A DNA stretch of 64,000 bases from Barthelona sp. PCE (taxonomy: Eukaryota): assembly GCA_040285745.1 (NCBI GenBank), contig JAUFOR010000002.1, positions 1,736,001 through 1,800,000 of the forward strand, in the 5' to 3' direction. Both the position numbers and the translations under genes were made by a program. The stretch's first letter is position 1. Every line of letters begins with the position of its first letter. A model generated the notes under the pieces. That model saw only the letters and a program-made list of their open reading frames with translations. It made no database searches and was not told the origin of the DNA. Below are positions 20,110 to 29,147 of this stretch, one piece after another.

Positions 20110-22125
20110 ATGAGAGCTTTTTTTACATATTTGATAGTGTTATCATCACTTTATGCGTTGGCATCTGCAGTAGAAGATAGTACAGATGATATATCAGTAC
20201 TCTGGCATCACGATGTCCAGTCACTCACTTATACAGATCCTTTTATTGAGAAATTAAGGGTGGGAAGTGAACTTAAAACTTTTGTGTCTGTTGTTACACA
20301 TCATGGTGGTTTTAAGAGACTGAGGGGCACTACCGGTCATGAATACCATGCACTTTCCTTCTCAGCGATGAAATCCATATTTTCAACCCCTCTAGATTAT
20401 GATGTTGATAACGATGGAAAAGATGAAGTTATGATTATGACTTCCAGTGGTGATTTACTTTTTATCGAAGAGAGTGGCCTCTCTCTTCCCGATTTAACAA
20501 TTCGTGTACCACCGTTAGGCGTTAAACGTAACTGGTATAAAATTCTACAAGATAAAGATGATGATTCTCCCATATACCTTGATCCAAAAGGTATTGGTCA
20601 TTACTTTATTGACGACAGTGAGGACGATAAGAAGCATACAGATACTAAAAAGCATAAGACTCCAGAATCCCCTTCCGGTCCAGAGGAAAAAACAGAATTT
20701 GTTCCAGAGGCATTAGAAACTTTTTTTGAACTCTTTTCATCACATATAAAGTCTGATGTTGAGAGCCCTCCTCGATTTAGAAGCCAATTTAACGAGTCTT
20801 CTTTCCAGCACACAAACGAAACAGTGTTCATCCCCCCTCATGTCTTAACTGATGTGACACGTGTTTCGAACTGGGTTATCGTCCCAGTGAGCTATTATTG
20901 GGAGCATGACGAGGCAGCAGATGGTGTTGAAGTTGATAAGTATGTTGCAGGTGCTGTTGTTGGTATTAATTTGAACAATATGAACAAACCCATTCGTTGG
21001 GTTCAACATATGGATCTCACCACAGTTGAGGCCGAACATACACCCTTCTTGTTACATTCTATGAGCGTTCTAACAGTGGGCCGATCTGAACGTGTATATA
21101 TTGGTAACGATCTTGGTGTTCTTTTCTGTTTCCACATGAGATCAGGTAGAGAGTGCCCTCACTTCCCTGTTGAAGTCGGCAGCGGAGTCTCTTCTAAAGT
21201 TGAAGTATTGGTTTCTCATGACCCACATCCACTTTTAATCTTCACCACATCAAAGCCTCAGATCGTTGCAGTAACGCTGGAAGGTGAGATAAAATGGACT
21301 GTCAACCTAACTTCTGTTCCTCTCAGTGCTCCTCTGCCTATTCCGGGCAAGGAGCACGTTGGTCAATTCGCAATCACCCTCATCAGCGGACAGGTTGCAA
21401 TTTATGATCATAATGGTGTTTCCGTACAAAACATCACTGTTGATCAGACTCTTGTCAGCCGCAAAGATGTTTTATTGTTGGATGATAAGCCATATCTTGT
21501 TTCATCTTCAAGTGAGGGTAATTTGGTTATGATTGGACTGGATAATGATGAATCTCGCAATTTAATAGGTGATTTTGGTGATTTGAGCATCTCAAAACCC
21601 ATATTTGATGATATTGATGAAGATGGTTTCCTTGAAGCTGTTATAACAAGTAATGATGGTGGCGTTTACGCGTTTGAGACCGATTTCAAAGAATCAAAGC
21701 GTGCTTTTGATATGAGAATTGTTCATCCAGAACCGCACGCTTTCCTTGCACCAACTGGTCTGCAAGAAGTACATTTCTTTATTCACGATGATGCAATGAA
21801 GGCGCCTTATCGTGCAACATTCGCTTGGAATCATGCATTTATGCAGATCAGACCGGGTGTATTTGAGGCATTTATCAGAGAACCTGGTTTGTACAGAATC
21901 TTAGTACCCGTACCTCCCTCAAGGAATAATCATGACTGCTTCCGTCTTGATATCAGGGTAGTTGACTCCGCTGGCCGTATTAAGGAGTCCAGTTTGGATA
22001 GTCTTTGTTACACTGATGATGAAGGTACTCGTATGTACACAGTTGTTATTGCCCTAATGGTAATTTTATTATGTGCTACATTCCTTATCCAACCTGCCAA
22101 GCGCTTTATGCCACTGCCCATTTAG
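20110..22125 (+). CDS. DEX1-like (defective in exine formation 1) FG-GAP/beta-propeller type I membrane protein
   Basis: Signal peptide; STPLDYDVDNDGKDEV and DDIDEDGFLEAVI Ca-binding repeats; VPVSYY...KYVAGAVVGINL...WVQHMDLTT resembles DEX1; C-terminal TM. Confidence 0.75.
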   Translation: MRAFFTYLIVLSSLYALASAVEDSTDDISVLWHHDVQSLTYTDPFIEKLRVGSELKTFVSVVTHHGGFKRLRGTTGHEYHALSFSAMKSIFSTPLDYDVDNDGKDEVMIMTSSGDLLFIEESGLSLPDLTIRVPPLGVKRNWYKILQDKDDDSPIYLDPKGIGHYFIDDSEDDKKHTDTKKHKTPESPSGPEEKTEFVPEALETFFELFSSHIKSDVESPPRFRSQFNESSFQHTNETVFIPPHVLTDVTRVSNWVIVPVSYYWEHDEAADGVEVDKYVAGAVVGINLNNMNKPIRWVQHMDLTTVEAEHTPFLLHSMSVLTVGRSERVYIGNDLGVLFCFHMRSGRECPHFPVEVGSGVSSKVEVLVSHDPHPLLIFTTSKPQIVAVTLEGEIKWTVNLTSVPLSAPLPIPGKEHVGQFAITLISGQVAIYDHNGVSVQNITVDQTLVSRKDVLLLDDKPYLVSSSSEGNLVMIGLDNDESRNLIGDFGDLSISKPIFDDIDEDGFLEAVITSNDGGVYAFETDFKESKRAFDMRIVHPEPHAFLAPTGLQEVHFFIHDDAMKAPYRATFAWNHAFMQIRPGVFEAFIREPGLYRILVPVPPSRNNHDCFRLDIRVVDSAGRIKESSLDSLCYTDDEGTRMYTVVIALMVILLCATFLIQPAKRFMPLPI

Positions 22126-22135
22126 TATTGTGTTA

Positions 22136-23188
22136 TTAGTGATGGTATGTTCCAACTATGGACATTTCTGAAGCTTGAGATTTTCTAGGCGGCTCTGTTG
22201 TTCGTCTTCGACCCAGTGGTGTAAAAGTGTCCAATTGCCGTGTTGTTTGTCGTTGTTGACTCTGTAGAGAAGCAGCTGTTGCTGATACAGACACCATACC
22301 GCTTTCCATTTGCATTAACTGACGATTATCACCTTCTGACATATAAAATGCAACATCAAATTCGTCTTTTTGACCTATGCCAAAAAGACGCGGTGCAATC
22401 TCAGTCACACCTCTTCCGCATTTAAAGCAAAAGCCTTCACACATGTCCACCATGGAGAAGTATATTGTTCGGATCTCACTATAGTTTAACCAGAAGCACA
22501 AACCCTCAGCCCCTGTCAAGGTGCACTCGGAAATATCAGGAGAGTTGAAAAGGATGGATGTTCTCAACGTCAGCGGTAGCGCTGTATCTTCTGCTGTTGT
22601 TTCAACGTTTCCGCTGACAGGTGCACGACAATAAAACTCAATGGAATTATTCTTGAATGTGAGCGTAATACTGGCGATGAGGTTACGACCTGAACTCAAT
22701 ACAGGAGAAAAAGTCTCAATAATTTGACCAAAAACTGCATTCGTCAAAAAAAATTCATGTGAAAAATCATTAAACACTGGAGGTAAAGCTACATCAAAAG
22801 TGGTTTGTGGCACTATAATGGATCTGACGATTCCGTTCATCTCACCACCATACTGTAGTTCCAAAGTCAAATCCTCATCATTCACATTCAACTGAAGCTC
22901 TTCTATCGATTGTTGATGTACTAGAGCACTTCTAAATAAGTCTGGCGTAACTGAGATGATACGTTCATTACCAGTATTCTCAAAATAGTCAAAAAAAACA
23001 GCAGGAAATGCAATCTTTGCTGTTAACTTACATTGCTGAAAGTTTGGAAAATAAAAAAAGAATAATAGGCCGCTATCTGTTACATTGATGTAGAATACGT
23101 CACTTTGAAAGCGATATGAACGTCTTAAAAAATCTACAAAACGTTCTAACGAACTAAAAGCACCACTTTTGGCAACAGTTAGCTTCAT
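22136..23188 (-). CDS. RAD9-like 9-1-1 checkpoint clamp subunit (PCNA fold)
   Basis: N-terminus MKLTV...FYINVTDSGL...IAFPAVFFDYF parallels Rad9 (LYLEPLEDGL...FLFAPLFFQQY); ~290-aa clamp-sized domain plus disordered S/T/Q tail. Confidence 0.6.
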   Translation of the reverse strand: MKLTVAKSGAFSSLERFVDFLRRSYRFQSDVFYINVTDSGLLFFFYFPNFQQCKLTAKIAFPAVFFDYFENTGNERIISVTPDLFRSALVHQQSIEELQLNVNDEDLTLELQYGGEMNGIVRSIIVPQTTFDVALPPVFNDFSHEFFLTNAVFGQIIETFSPVLSSGRNLIASITLTFKNNSIEFYCRAPVSGNVETTAEDTALPLTLRTSILFNSPDISECTLTGAEGLCFWLNYSEIRTIYFSMVDMCEGFCFKCGRGVTEIAPRLFGIGQKDEFDVAFYMSEGDNRQLMQMESGMVSVSATAASLQSQQRQTTRQLDTFTPLGRRRTTEPPRKSQASEMSIVGTYHH

Positions 23189-23295
23189 TTATGCTTGTTG
23201 GGAAGTGTAGCCCGCTTAACCCTTCTAAATAGGGTAAGATGAAAAGAGAAAGAAAACGAAATGCATGTCCAAAAGATACTCTTCTTGATTTATTT

Positions 23296-23844
23296 CTAGA
23301 AACTGATATGCATACTAAGTACGATTGATGTGATCAATGCGAAAATGCTAATAACACTGCAAAAAATCTCAGAAACAAGAACAAGCATAAAATGATCCTT
23401 ATTTTGAGCATCAGCAATAGCCAAACCTGAACCACAGAGGCCAATTGAAATACCAGCAATGAGATTTGAGATACCCAATATGAGTCCAGCAGCTAGCATT
23501 GCATAACCTGACGTATATATATTTGAACAAACAGTTTCAGTTATTTTCTTTGGTATTTCAATTTTAACAATAAAAAGCAGCGCTAAAATGACGCCAAAAA
23601 GTCCGCATGCTTCACAAAATACAATACTTACGAAACTTCTGGTTCTAATGTGCATGTTTTTAACAGCACCACCTAGAATACTTACACCACAATAGTAAAT
23701 ACCCAATGCGGCACCAAGAATAGAGGCACCGGCGCATATGGCTATACCCAAATACATTAAAGTGTAAGGAGAAATGTTCTCCATGAATAAAAGCCCATTG
23801 CTTGTGAAATTATTGCATTCGTTTACGATCCAATGTACTGCCAT
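23296..23844 (-). CDS. VMA16: V-type ATPase 21-kDa proteolipid subunit c''
   Basis: ISPYTLMYLGIAIC...GAALGIY...SILGGAVK...IRTRSFVSIVFCEACGLFG; GSGLAIADAQ; LVSEIF. Confidence 0.9.
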   Translation of the reverse strand: MAVHWIVNECNNFTSNGLLFMENISPYTLMYLGIAICAGASILGAALGIYYCGVSILGGAVKNMHIRTRSFVSIVFCEACGLFGVILALLFIVKIEIPKKITETVCSNIYTSGYAMLAAGLILGISNLIAGISIGLCGSGLAIADAQNKDHFMLVLVSEIFCSVISIFALITSIVLSMHISF

Positions 23845-24138
23845 TTATCAATTGTGGAGATTACTATGCGAATGTAATCACAATTAAAGAAAAGGTTGAG
23901 AGAGCTGAATACAAGTTTATAATCCCATCCTGCTGCTTATTTCAAAGAAAAGGGGGTTCTTATATAGTTCTGGGGGGATATTTTGGATTTTATTTGGTTT
24001 GTTTTATTGGAATGAGTTGTTGTTTTTTTTTTTGTATGTTGCTCTTTTACATTATACATATATTTAAACTGTGAGGCATATTTACTTCGTGCAAATGCAT
24101 GGCTGTTGTGCTGAAATGTTGAATGTTCACAATCAATT

Positions 24139-25755
24139 CTACTGAGTTTGCATACTTTTTATAAGAGCAACATGCGAACGGTTAGAAATTCGATACAGTG
24201 TGGGTTCGGTTGATAGGAAGCTGTTAGTTGCCAACATAATATCTGTGTCAAAGCACTCACATAACTCGCTAATAAATTTTTGAACGGCTTTATCAACACG
24301 AACTAAATACTTGTTCTTTTCTTTAATGATTGCTTTTAAATCCTTATACTTAATAAACCCAAAATAATGTATCTTCTTTCCATTTTTATCCGTAAAAGCA
24401 GAGCGATGTGGCGGTATAATCCAATTTAGATATATTGAATTGAGCACAGATTTGTGAAGATCTGTAAATTGATACAAAAGAGGCATAGATTCGGTCTTGT
24501 TTGACAATTGCTGCACTCTCTCCTCCTTCTGCGTAATACTGTTACGAATATTGGGATCCAGAAAGTCAAACAAAGATGCTCTTGGTTCCTTAGAATCCAC
24601 TTCCACGGTAACCTCATCTTTTGCTTCATTTCCTTTAACTACCACACCGTTATATAACTGATCGATGGGTTTGACAGTTTTTTTAATATCTATATCCTTA
24701 AAGTTCATTAAGAAATCAATTGGCATGTTACGACCACTGAAATGATTATCCTTTTTCCAATCACGGAAAGCACGCTCTGTACGCAACACTAGGAAGTTCT
24801 TTATCTTTGCGTAACGACGTTTTCTCTCCTTCTTAAAATGTTTTGCACGTGCTGCTTTACGTTCTTCTACTGTCCATTCAACTCTTGGTACAAAAAAACT
24901 CATCGTTGTATTAATTAACGTACCCATCTTTGCATCATCGACTGTCTTTACGAAGTATTCTCCATCGTTAAACCCGCATATCTTTAATATCAGTTTACGA
25001 GGGTGACTTACCAAGGGAAGTTTAGAGGCAATGCTAGATATTAATGAATCAAATGAGACTGGCTCTTCACGCACCACGAAAATGTCCTCCATAACAGAAA
25101 ACACCCGTAAAACATCATGAAAAATAAGTGGTAAAACATTTTCTTCATACTCAAATGGTGTTTTAGGTCTTGGTGTATCAACTGCTGATCCATGTGATTC
25201 AAACACGTGGTCTGCGGCACTTAAACGGTTGAGGATGTCATTGTAATTGCTGTTGCTTGGACTCTTTGATGAATCAGCATATTTTCGAGCTAATCTCATA
25301 GTTAGGTTATCTTCCACATCTTTAGGGAGTGCCGAACTCGGCCTAGTTCTTATACTCTTATCCGAAACGGGTGAAGCAAACGGAGTAAATCCAAAAGTAT
25401 TGTCAGGAAACATTGACAAACGATCACTGCTATTTGACTGTGGAGTAACGTCTTGTAAGTGTGAAATGTGACCCACAGCAGCTGAAGGAGTAGTTGGTGT
25501 CTTGGATCCTGCAAGAGAACCATCACCTATGGGGGCAAAATACTGATTTTTAAAAGGTGGAGAATTTGTTGTTTTAGCCATTGTTGATTCTCTGTCTGAG
25601 GGACCACTCCGTGTGGAATGCGATCTTTTAGAGTCTATTGGTGTTTTTAACATCATTAACGGAGAATAAGTTTGGACTGCCGACCTTGCCCTGTATTTAT
25701 GCCTCGTCGTTTGTGAAAAAATGTTTGGTGGCGATATATTTGATCCTGGAGTCAT
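24139..25755 (-). CDS. Divergent Cdt1-like DNA replication licensing factor (candidate)
   Basis: S/T-P-rich disordered N-terminus; VLPLIFHDVLRVFSVMEDI...VSFDSL...LKICGF..EY resembles the Cdt1 middle winged helix; LDPNIRNSITQKE resembles VSQDLLERIRAKE; C-terminal winged-helix-sized domain. First ATG at 25755. Confidence 0.5.
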   Translation of the reverse strand: MTPGSNISPPNIFSQTTRHKYRARSAVQTYSPLMMLKTPIDSKRSHSTRSGPSDRESTMAKTTNSPPFKNQYFAPIGDGSLAGSKTPTTPSAAVGHISHLQDVTPQSNSSDRLSMFPDNTFGFTPFASPVSDKSIRTRPSSALPKDVEDNLTMRLARKYADSSKSPSNSNYNDILNRLSAADHVFESHGSAVDTPRPKTPFEYEENVLPLIFHDVLRVFSVMEDIFVVREEPVSFDSLISSIASKLPLVSHPRKLILKICGFNDGEYFVKTVDDAKMGTLINTTMSFFVPRVEWTVEERKAARAKHFKKERKRRYAKIKNFLVLRTERAFRDWKKDNHFSGRNMPIDFLMNFKDIDIKKTVKPIDQLYNGVVVKGNEAKDEVTVEVDSKEPRASLFDFLDPNIRNSITQKEERVQQLSNKTESMPLLYQFTDLHKSVLNSIYLNWIIPPHRSAFTDKNGKKIHYFGFIKYKDLKAIIKEKNKYLVRVDKAVQKFISELCECFDTDIMLATNSFLSTEPTLYRISNRSHVALIKSMQTQ

Positions 25756-25809
25756 TTGCAAAATGAATATCCTTTAAAATGGTAAGATAATCACAACGAT
25801 TCATTTCAA

Positions 25810-25838
25810 AATAGAACACAATAGAACACAATAGAACA
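25810..25838. repeat. 10-bp tandem repeat (aatagaacac x~3) upstream of the Cdt1-like gene
   Basis: Read directly: aatagaacac aatagaacac aatagaaca. Confidence 0.85.
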
Positions 25839-25943
25839 GTAATATATCTTCTTTTTACTTGGGGTGAAAGTCAATTTATGTGTATATATTGACATATCGT
25901 TTCAATAAACTATGCAGGTACATTTTTAACACCTCTAGTATTA

Positions 25944-26216
25944 TTACAATTTACCTTCATTCTTCATACGCATGACCTTAAAACCGCCCCACATCGCAAA
26001 AAAGAATAGAATAACATTGACAAAAAATAAAAAAATCATCTTCTTAATTCCAGAAGGTAAATCCTTCCATCTGCGAATTTGGGGTACTTCGTCTTTCTTC
26101 TCAATATCTTCAGTTGATTCTTGCTCTTCTTGAGCAGATTCAGAGTCAACTACCTCTTGAAGTTGTTCAATAGGCTCCTCGACTGTCTCAGTTGGGGTGT
26201 TTTCGTTGTCTAACAT
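25944..26216 (-). CDS. Small acidic tail-anchored membrane protein (90 aa)
   Basis: ATG at 26216 (MLDNENT); acidic N-terminus, one TM (MIFLFFVNVILFFFAMWGG), short basic tail. Confidence 0.6.
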   Translation of the reverse strand: MLDNENTPTETVEEPIEQLQEVVDSESAQEEQESTEDIEKKDEVPQIRRWKDLPSGIKKMIFLFFVNVILFFFAMWGGFKVMRMKNEGKL

Positions 26217-26414
26217 CTTTTTAAATATGATAAAACTATTTGAAAAGGGTATAAAAAACCTGACAATTAAAGTTGATGAAATAATGATTCTATCTTGATT
26301 AATCACTTTTATAATACCTCATCTCGCATTGACAATATAAATATGAGCTTTACAAAGTAGTGTCAGAGTTTATTAACTCATATATTCAAAATTCTTTCCA
26401 CTTTATTAACAAAA

Positions 26415-28880
26415 TTATTCCAAATCTTCATCAAATAACATAACTGAACTCAGCCTGTGTAACTTTGGTTCTTTTAAACTGGAACCTTTAATAATGTTAT
26501 CAAATACATCATTAAGAGAAGTTTCACTGACTCCCCAATTTTGAATGTTGAGTACATCTGCGCTTTTCAGGAATAAATCAAGGACTTCAGCTGAATCAAT
26601 GTCAGCTGAAGGTACAATAAAGGTATCAACAGTGGAAATTGTATTTTGATAATTACGAGTGGGTATTGTTTCATCTAAGAAACGATTGATATCTTCAGAT
26701 TTTGTACTAGCACGATCAATGAAAATATTGTATCCGTTACCATAACGTGCTTGAAGTTCTGGTTCAGAACCAATAGCCTCGATACGACCTTCATTCATAA
26801 CAACAATCTTTGTAGCTAGAGCACTTGCCTCTGACATAGATGATGTGGCAAAAATAACAACCTTTTCAGTTAAGGAACTGAGAATACCATGCAATTCATT
26901 GACTGATTGCGGATCGAGACCAGTACTGGGACTGTCAACAATGATAATCTGGTTTTGTTCACGAGTCAGAATACCGATAGCAACACCAACGACACAACGA
27001 CGCTTCATACCACCAGAGAAACGACCAACAAGACGATCCTTAAACTCCCAAAGAGATACTCTCTTAAGAATCATTTCAGCATTACGCTTCAACTCTTCAC
27101 CAACAAGACCTTTGAGACGACCAATGTATAACATATGTTCATAAGCAGATAACTTATCCCAATATGTTGACATCTGAGGGGCATAACCAACCATAGCAGC
27201 GATTTTATCCTTATTTTTTGAAAGCAACATGTTGCCAACGTTAACCTCGCCAGCGGTTGTGTCGTAACGACCTGCAAGAAGATTTAGAAGAACTGATTTG
27301 CCGGCTTCAGCCATTCCCAATAAACCGATACTATCACCCTTATTCATTGTGAATGAAGCATTTGCAACGACATTTCCACCACCAAAGTTCTTGGTGACAC
27401 CAATAACCTTAATAAAATCATTATTATTTGCATCAACAGCACGTTTACCATCCACTAAAACACCTACATCATCAAGGGAAGAAGAAGTAATAATATTTTC
27501 AGGGACAAAATGCTTCTTACCACCACGAATGAAGAATAACCAATTCTTATAGTAAGAAGAACGGGGAGTTAAAACCAGTTCAAGATATTGACCAACAAAC
27601 CAAAATATAACACCAGTAACTAACCAACTAATTAAAATATAAGGCAAAGGTGAGAAAGAAGTATCAAATACATCCTTAAAAAAGATCGTTCGATACTCTG
27701 GCAAACTGTAATAATTAAACATTGATACAAAATGTGCAAGACCGAAGAACGGGAATACATACATGTAGAAAGGGAACTCACTGACAGGAGTGAGTGGACT
27801 AATTTTGGCAGCACTTAGAATAAGATTTGAAAATGAACCAAATATGTATGCAATAATGAATCCTGTTAATGCAGCATAACGAGCAGTTTTAAGTAAAGGA
27901 GCAACCATATGTGATTGTGCTATGAGTGAAATAGACCAACATAGCATTATAGTCCATGTAGCACCAGCTGAATTTTGTTTAAAGAAGGGGAAATCAAGGA
28001 ATGTTGCTGCAAAAACAAAAATAGCCATCATAATCATAAAGATACACAGTTCAAACAGATATGTACCAATCATTTTGGGGAATTTACGCATACCATTAGA
28101 AGTTGCCAACATATCAAGTCCCTTTTCTTTTTCATAAGCAGCAAGTGATAAGAAAACTGGAATGGGAAGATACATTAGCATACCAAAGAACTGAACAAGA
28201 ACAAACGAAGAGATATCCATTCCAGACCGTACTTCTTCGGTGGGTAAATCACGAATAGAACGAGTTGAATTGTCAAAACCACCAACAGAATCAAGAATTG
28301 CTGAAGAAATCTGTGACAAACCTGCATTATCATAAATTGGTTTTAAAAAGCGTCTTGCTGATCCATTAGTCATAACAACAACATCCATATCATATACTTG
28401 ACCACTAATACTAACGTTATCGAATCCAAAGGCCCATGTAGCTTCGAGAGATGAATCTCCCCATGCAGTGCCGTAAATATAACTCTTCAAATCTAATGAT
28501 GATGCATGTGACTCAAAAGTTGGCAAAGATGCAGGTCCAACGACCCAATGATAATATTTAGCAAGAACACCTGATGAGGTAGCGATAAGAGGACCAAGTG
28601 AACCCAGAAGGTTGGACTCATCTGCATAGTAAACCTTATTAAAAGGAATATAATTGGCAGAAAAAATTTCCGGTGTCGGAATAGCGGCAATTGTTGATGT
28701 CATGTTCGGGAGACCATCAACTAGCATCTGCAACAAAACCATTAGTAACAATAAAATGACACTAGTAGAAACTAAACAAATATTGAGACCAATTGACCTT
28801 TTCTGGTAATGAAAGTTCTTTAAGAACTCTGCTTTAAACTGGGACAATCCAGATATCTTCTTTCCCTTCTTTTTATCCAT
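26415..28880 (-). CDS. ABCA-subfamily half transporter (TMD-NBD) with degenerate Walker A/B and H-switch
   Basis: TM1, extracellular domain, YEKEKG, further TMs; NBD with GMAEAGKS, YAPQ, FSGGMKRR, IIVDSPSTGLDP, FATSSMSEA, LQARYGNGY, ETSLNDVF. Confidence 0.9.
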   Translation of the reverse strand: MDKKKGKKISGLSQFKAEFLKNFHYQKRSIGLNICLVSTSVILLLLMVLLQMLVDGLPNMTSTIAAIPTPEIFSANYIPFNKVYYADESNLLGSLGPLIATSSGVLAKYYHWVVGPASLPTFESHASSLDLKSYIYGTAWGDSSLEATWAFGFDNVSISGQVYDMDVVVMTNGSARRFLKPIYDNAGLSQISSAILDSVGGFDNSTRSIRDLPTEEVRSGMDISSFVLVQFFGMLMYLPIPVFLSLAAYEKEKGLDMLATSNGMRKFPKMIGTYLFELCIFMIMMAIFVFAATFLDFPFFKQNSAGATWTIMLCWSISLIAQSHMVAPLLKTARYAALTGFIIAYIFGSFSNLILSAAKISPLTPVSEFPFYMYVFPFFGLAHFVSMFNYYSLPEYRTIFFKDVFDTSFSPLPYILISWLVTGVIFWFVGQYLELVLTPRSSYYKNWLFFIRGGKKHFVPENIITSSSLDDVGVLVDGKRAVDANNNDFIKVIGVTKNFGGGNVVANASFTMNKGDSIGLLGMAEAGKSVLLNLLAGRYDTTAGEVNVGNMLLSKNKDKIAAMVGYAPQMSTYWDKLSAYEHMLYIGRLKGLVGEELKRNAEMILKRVSLWEFKDRLVGRFSGGMKRRCVVGVAIGILTREQNQIIIVDSPSTGLDPQSVNELHGILSSLTEKVVIFATSSMSEASALATKIVVMNEGRIEAIGSEPELQARYGNGYNIFIDRASTKSEDINRFLDETIPTRNYQNTISTVDTFIVPSADIDSAEVLDLFLKSADVLNIQNWGVSETSLNDVFDNIIKGSSLKEPKLHRLSSVMLFDEDLE

Positions 28881-29147
28881 AGTAAAAAAGTAAAAAAGCT
28901 AAAATCAACTCTTGAAGCTGAAACCGATAAAATCACCGAATAAAATCACTCAATGAAGAATAATCGTGCTATTCAGCACAAATAAATTTGAATTTGCAAG
29001 GGTCCAAATTCAATCTCAGGTCCTAAACTGTCAAACACTAGATTTTTCCGGACTATAAGGTAATCTGTTCAATTATAAGACCGATTGTGGTAAAAAATTC
29101 TCTAAAAAACATACAAAAGCAGTGCTTTCCATTTTCTTACTTCTAAA
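28881..29147. promoter_or_regulatory. Probable bidirectional promoter between the two ABCA genes, with a central inverted repeat (ttgaatttg-N8-caaattcaa, 28988-29013)
   Basis: 267-bp gap between two divergent ATGs; perfect 9-bp arms near the midpoint; also ataaaatcac x2 (28927, 28940). Confidence 0.5.
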
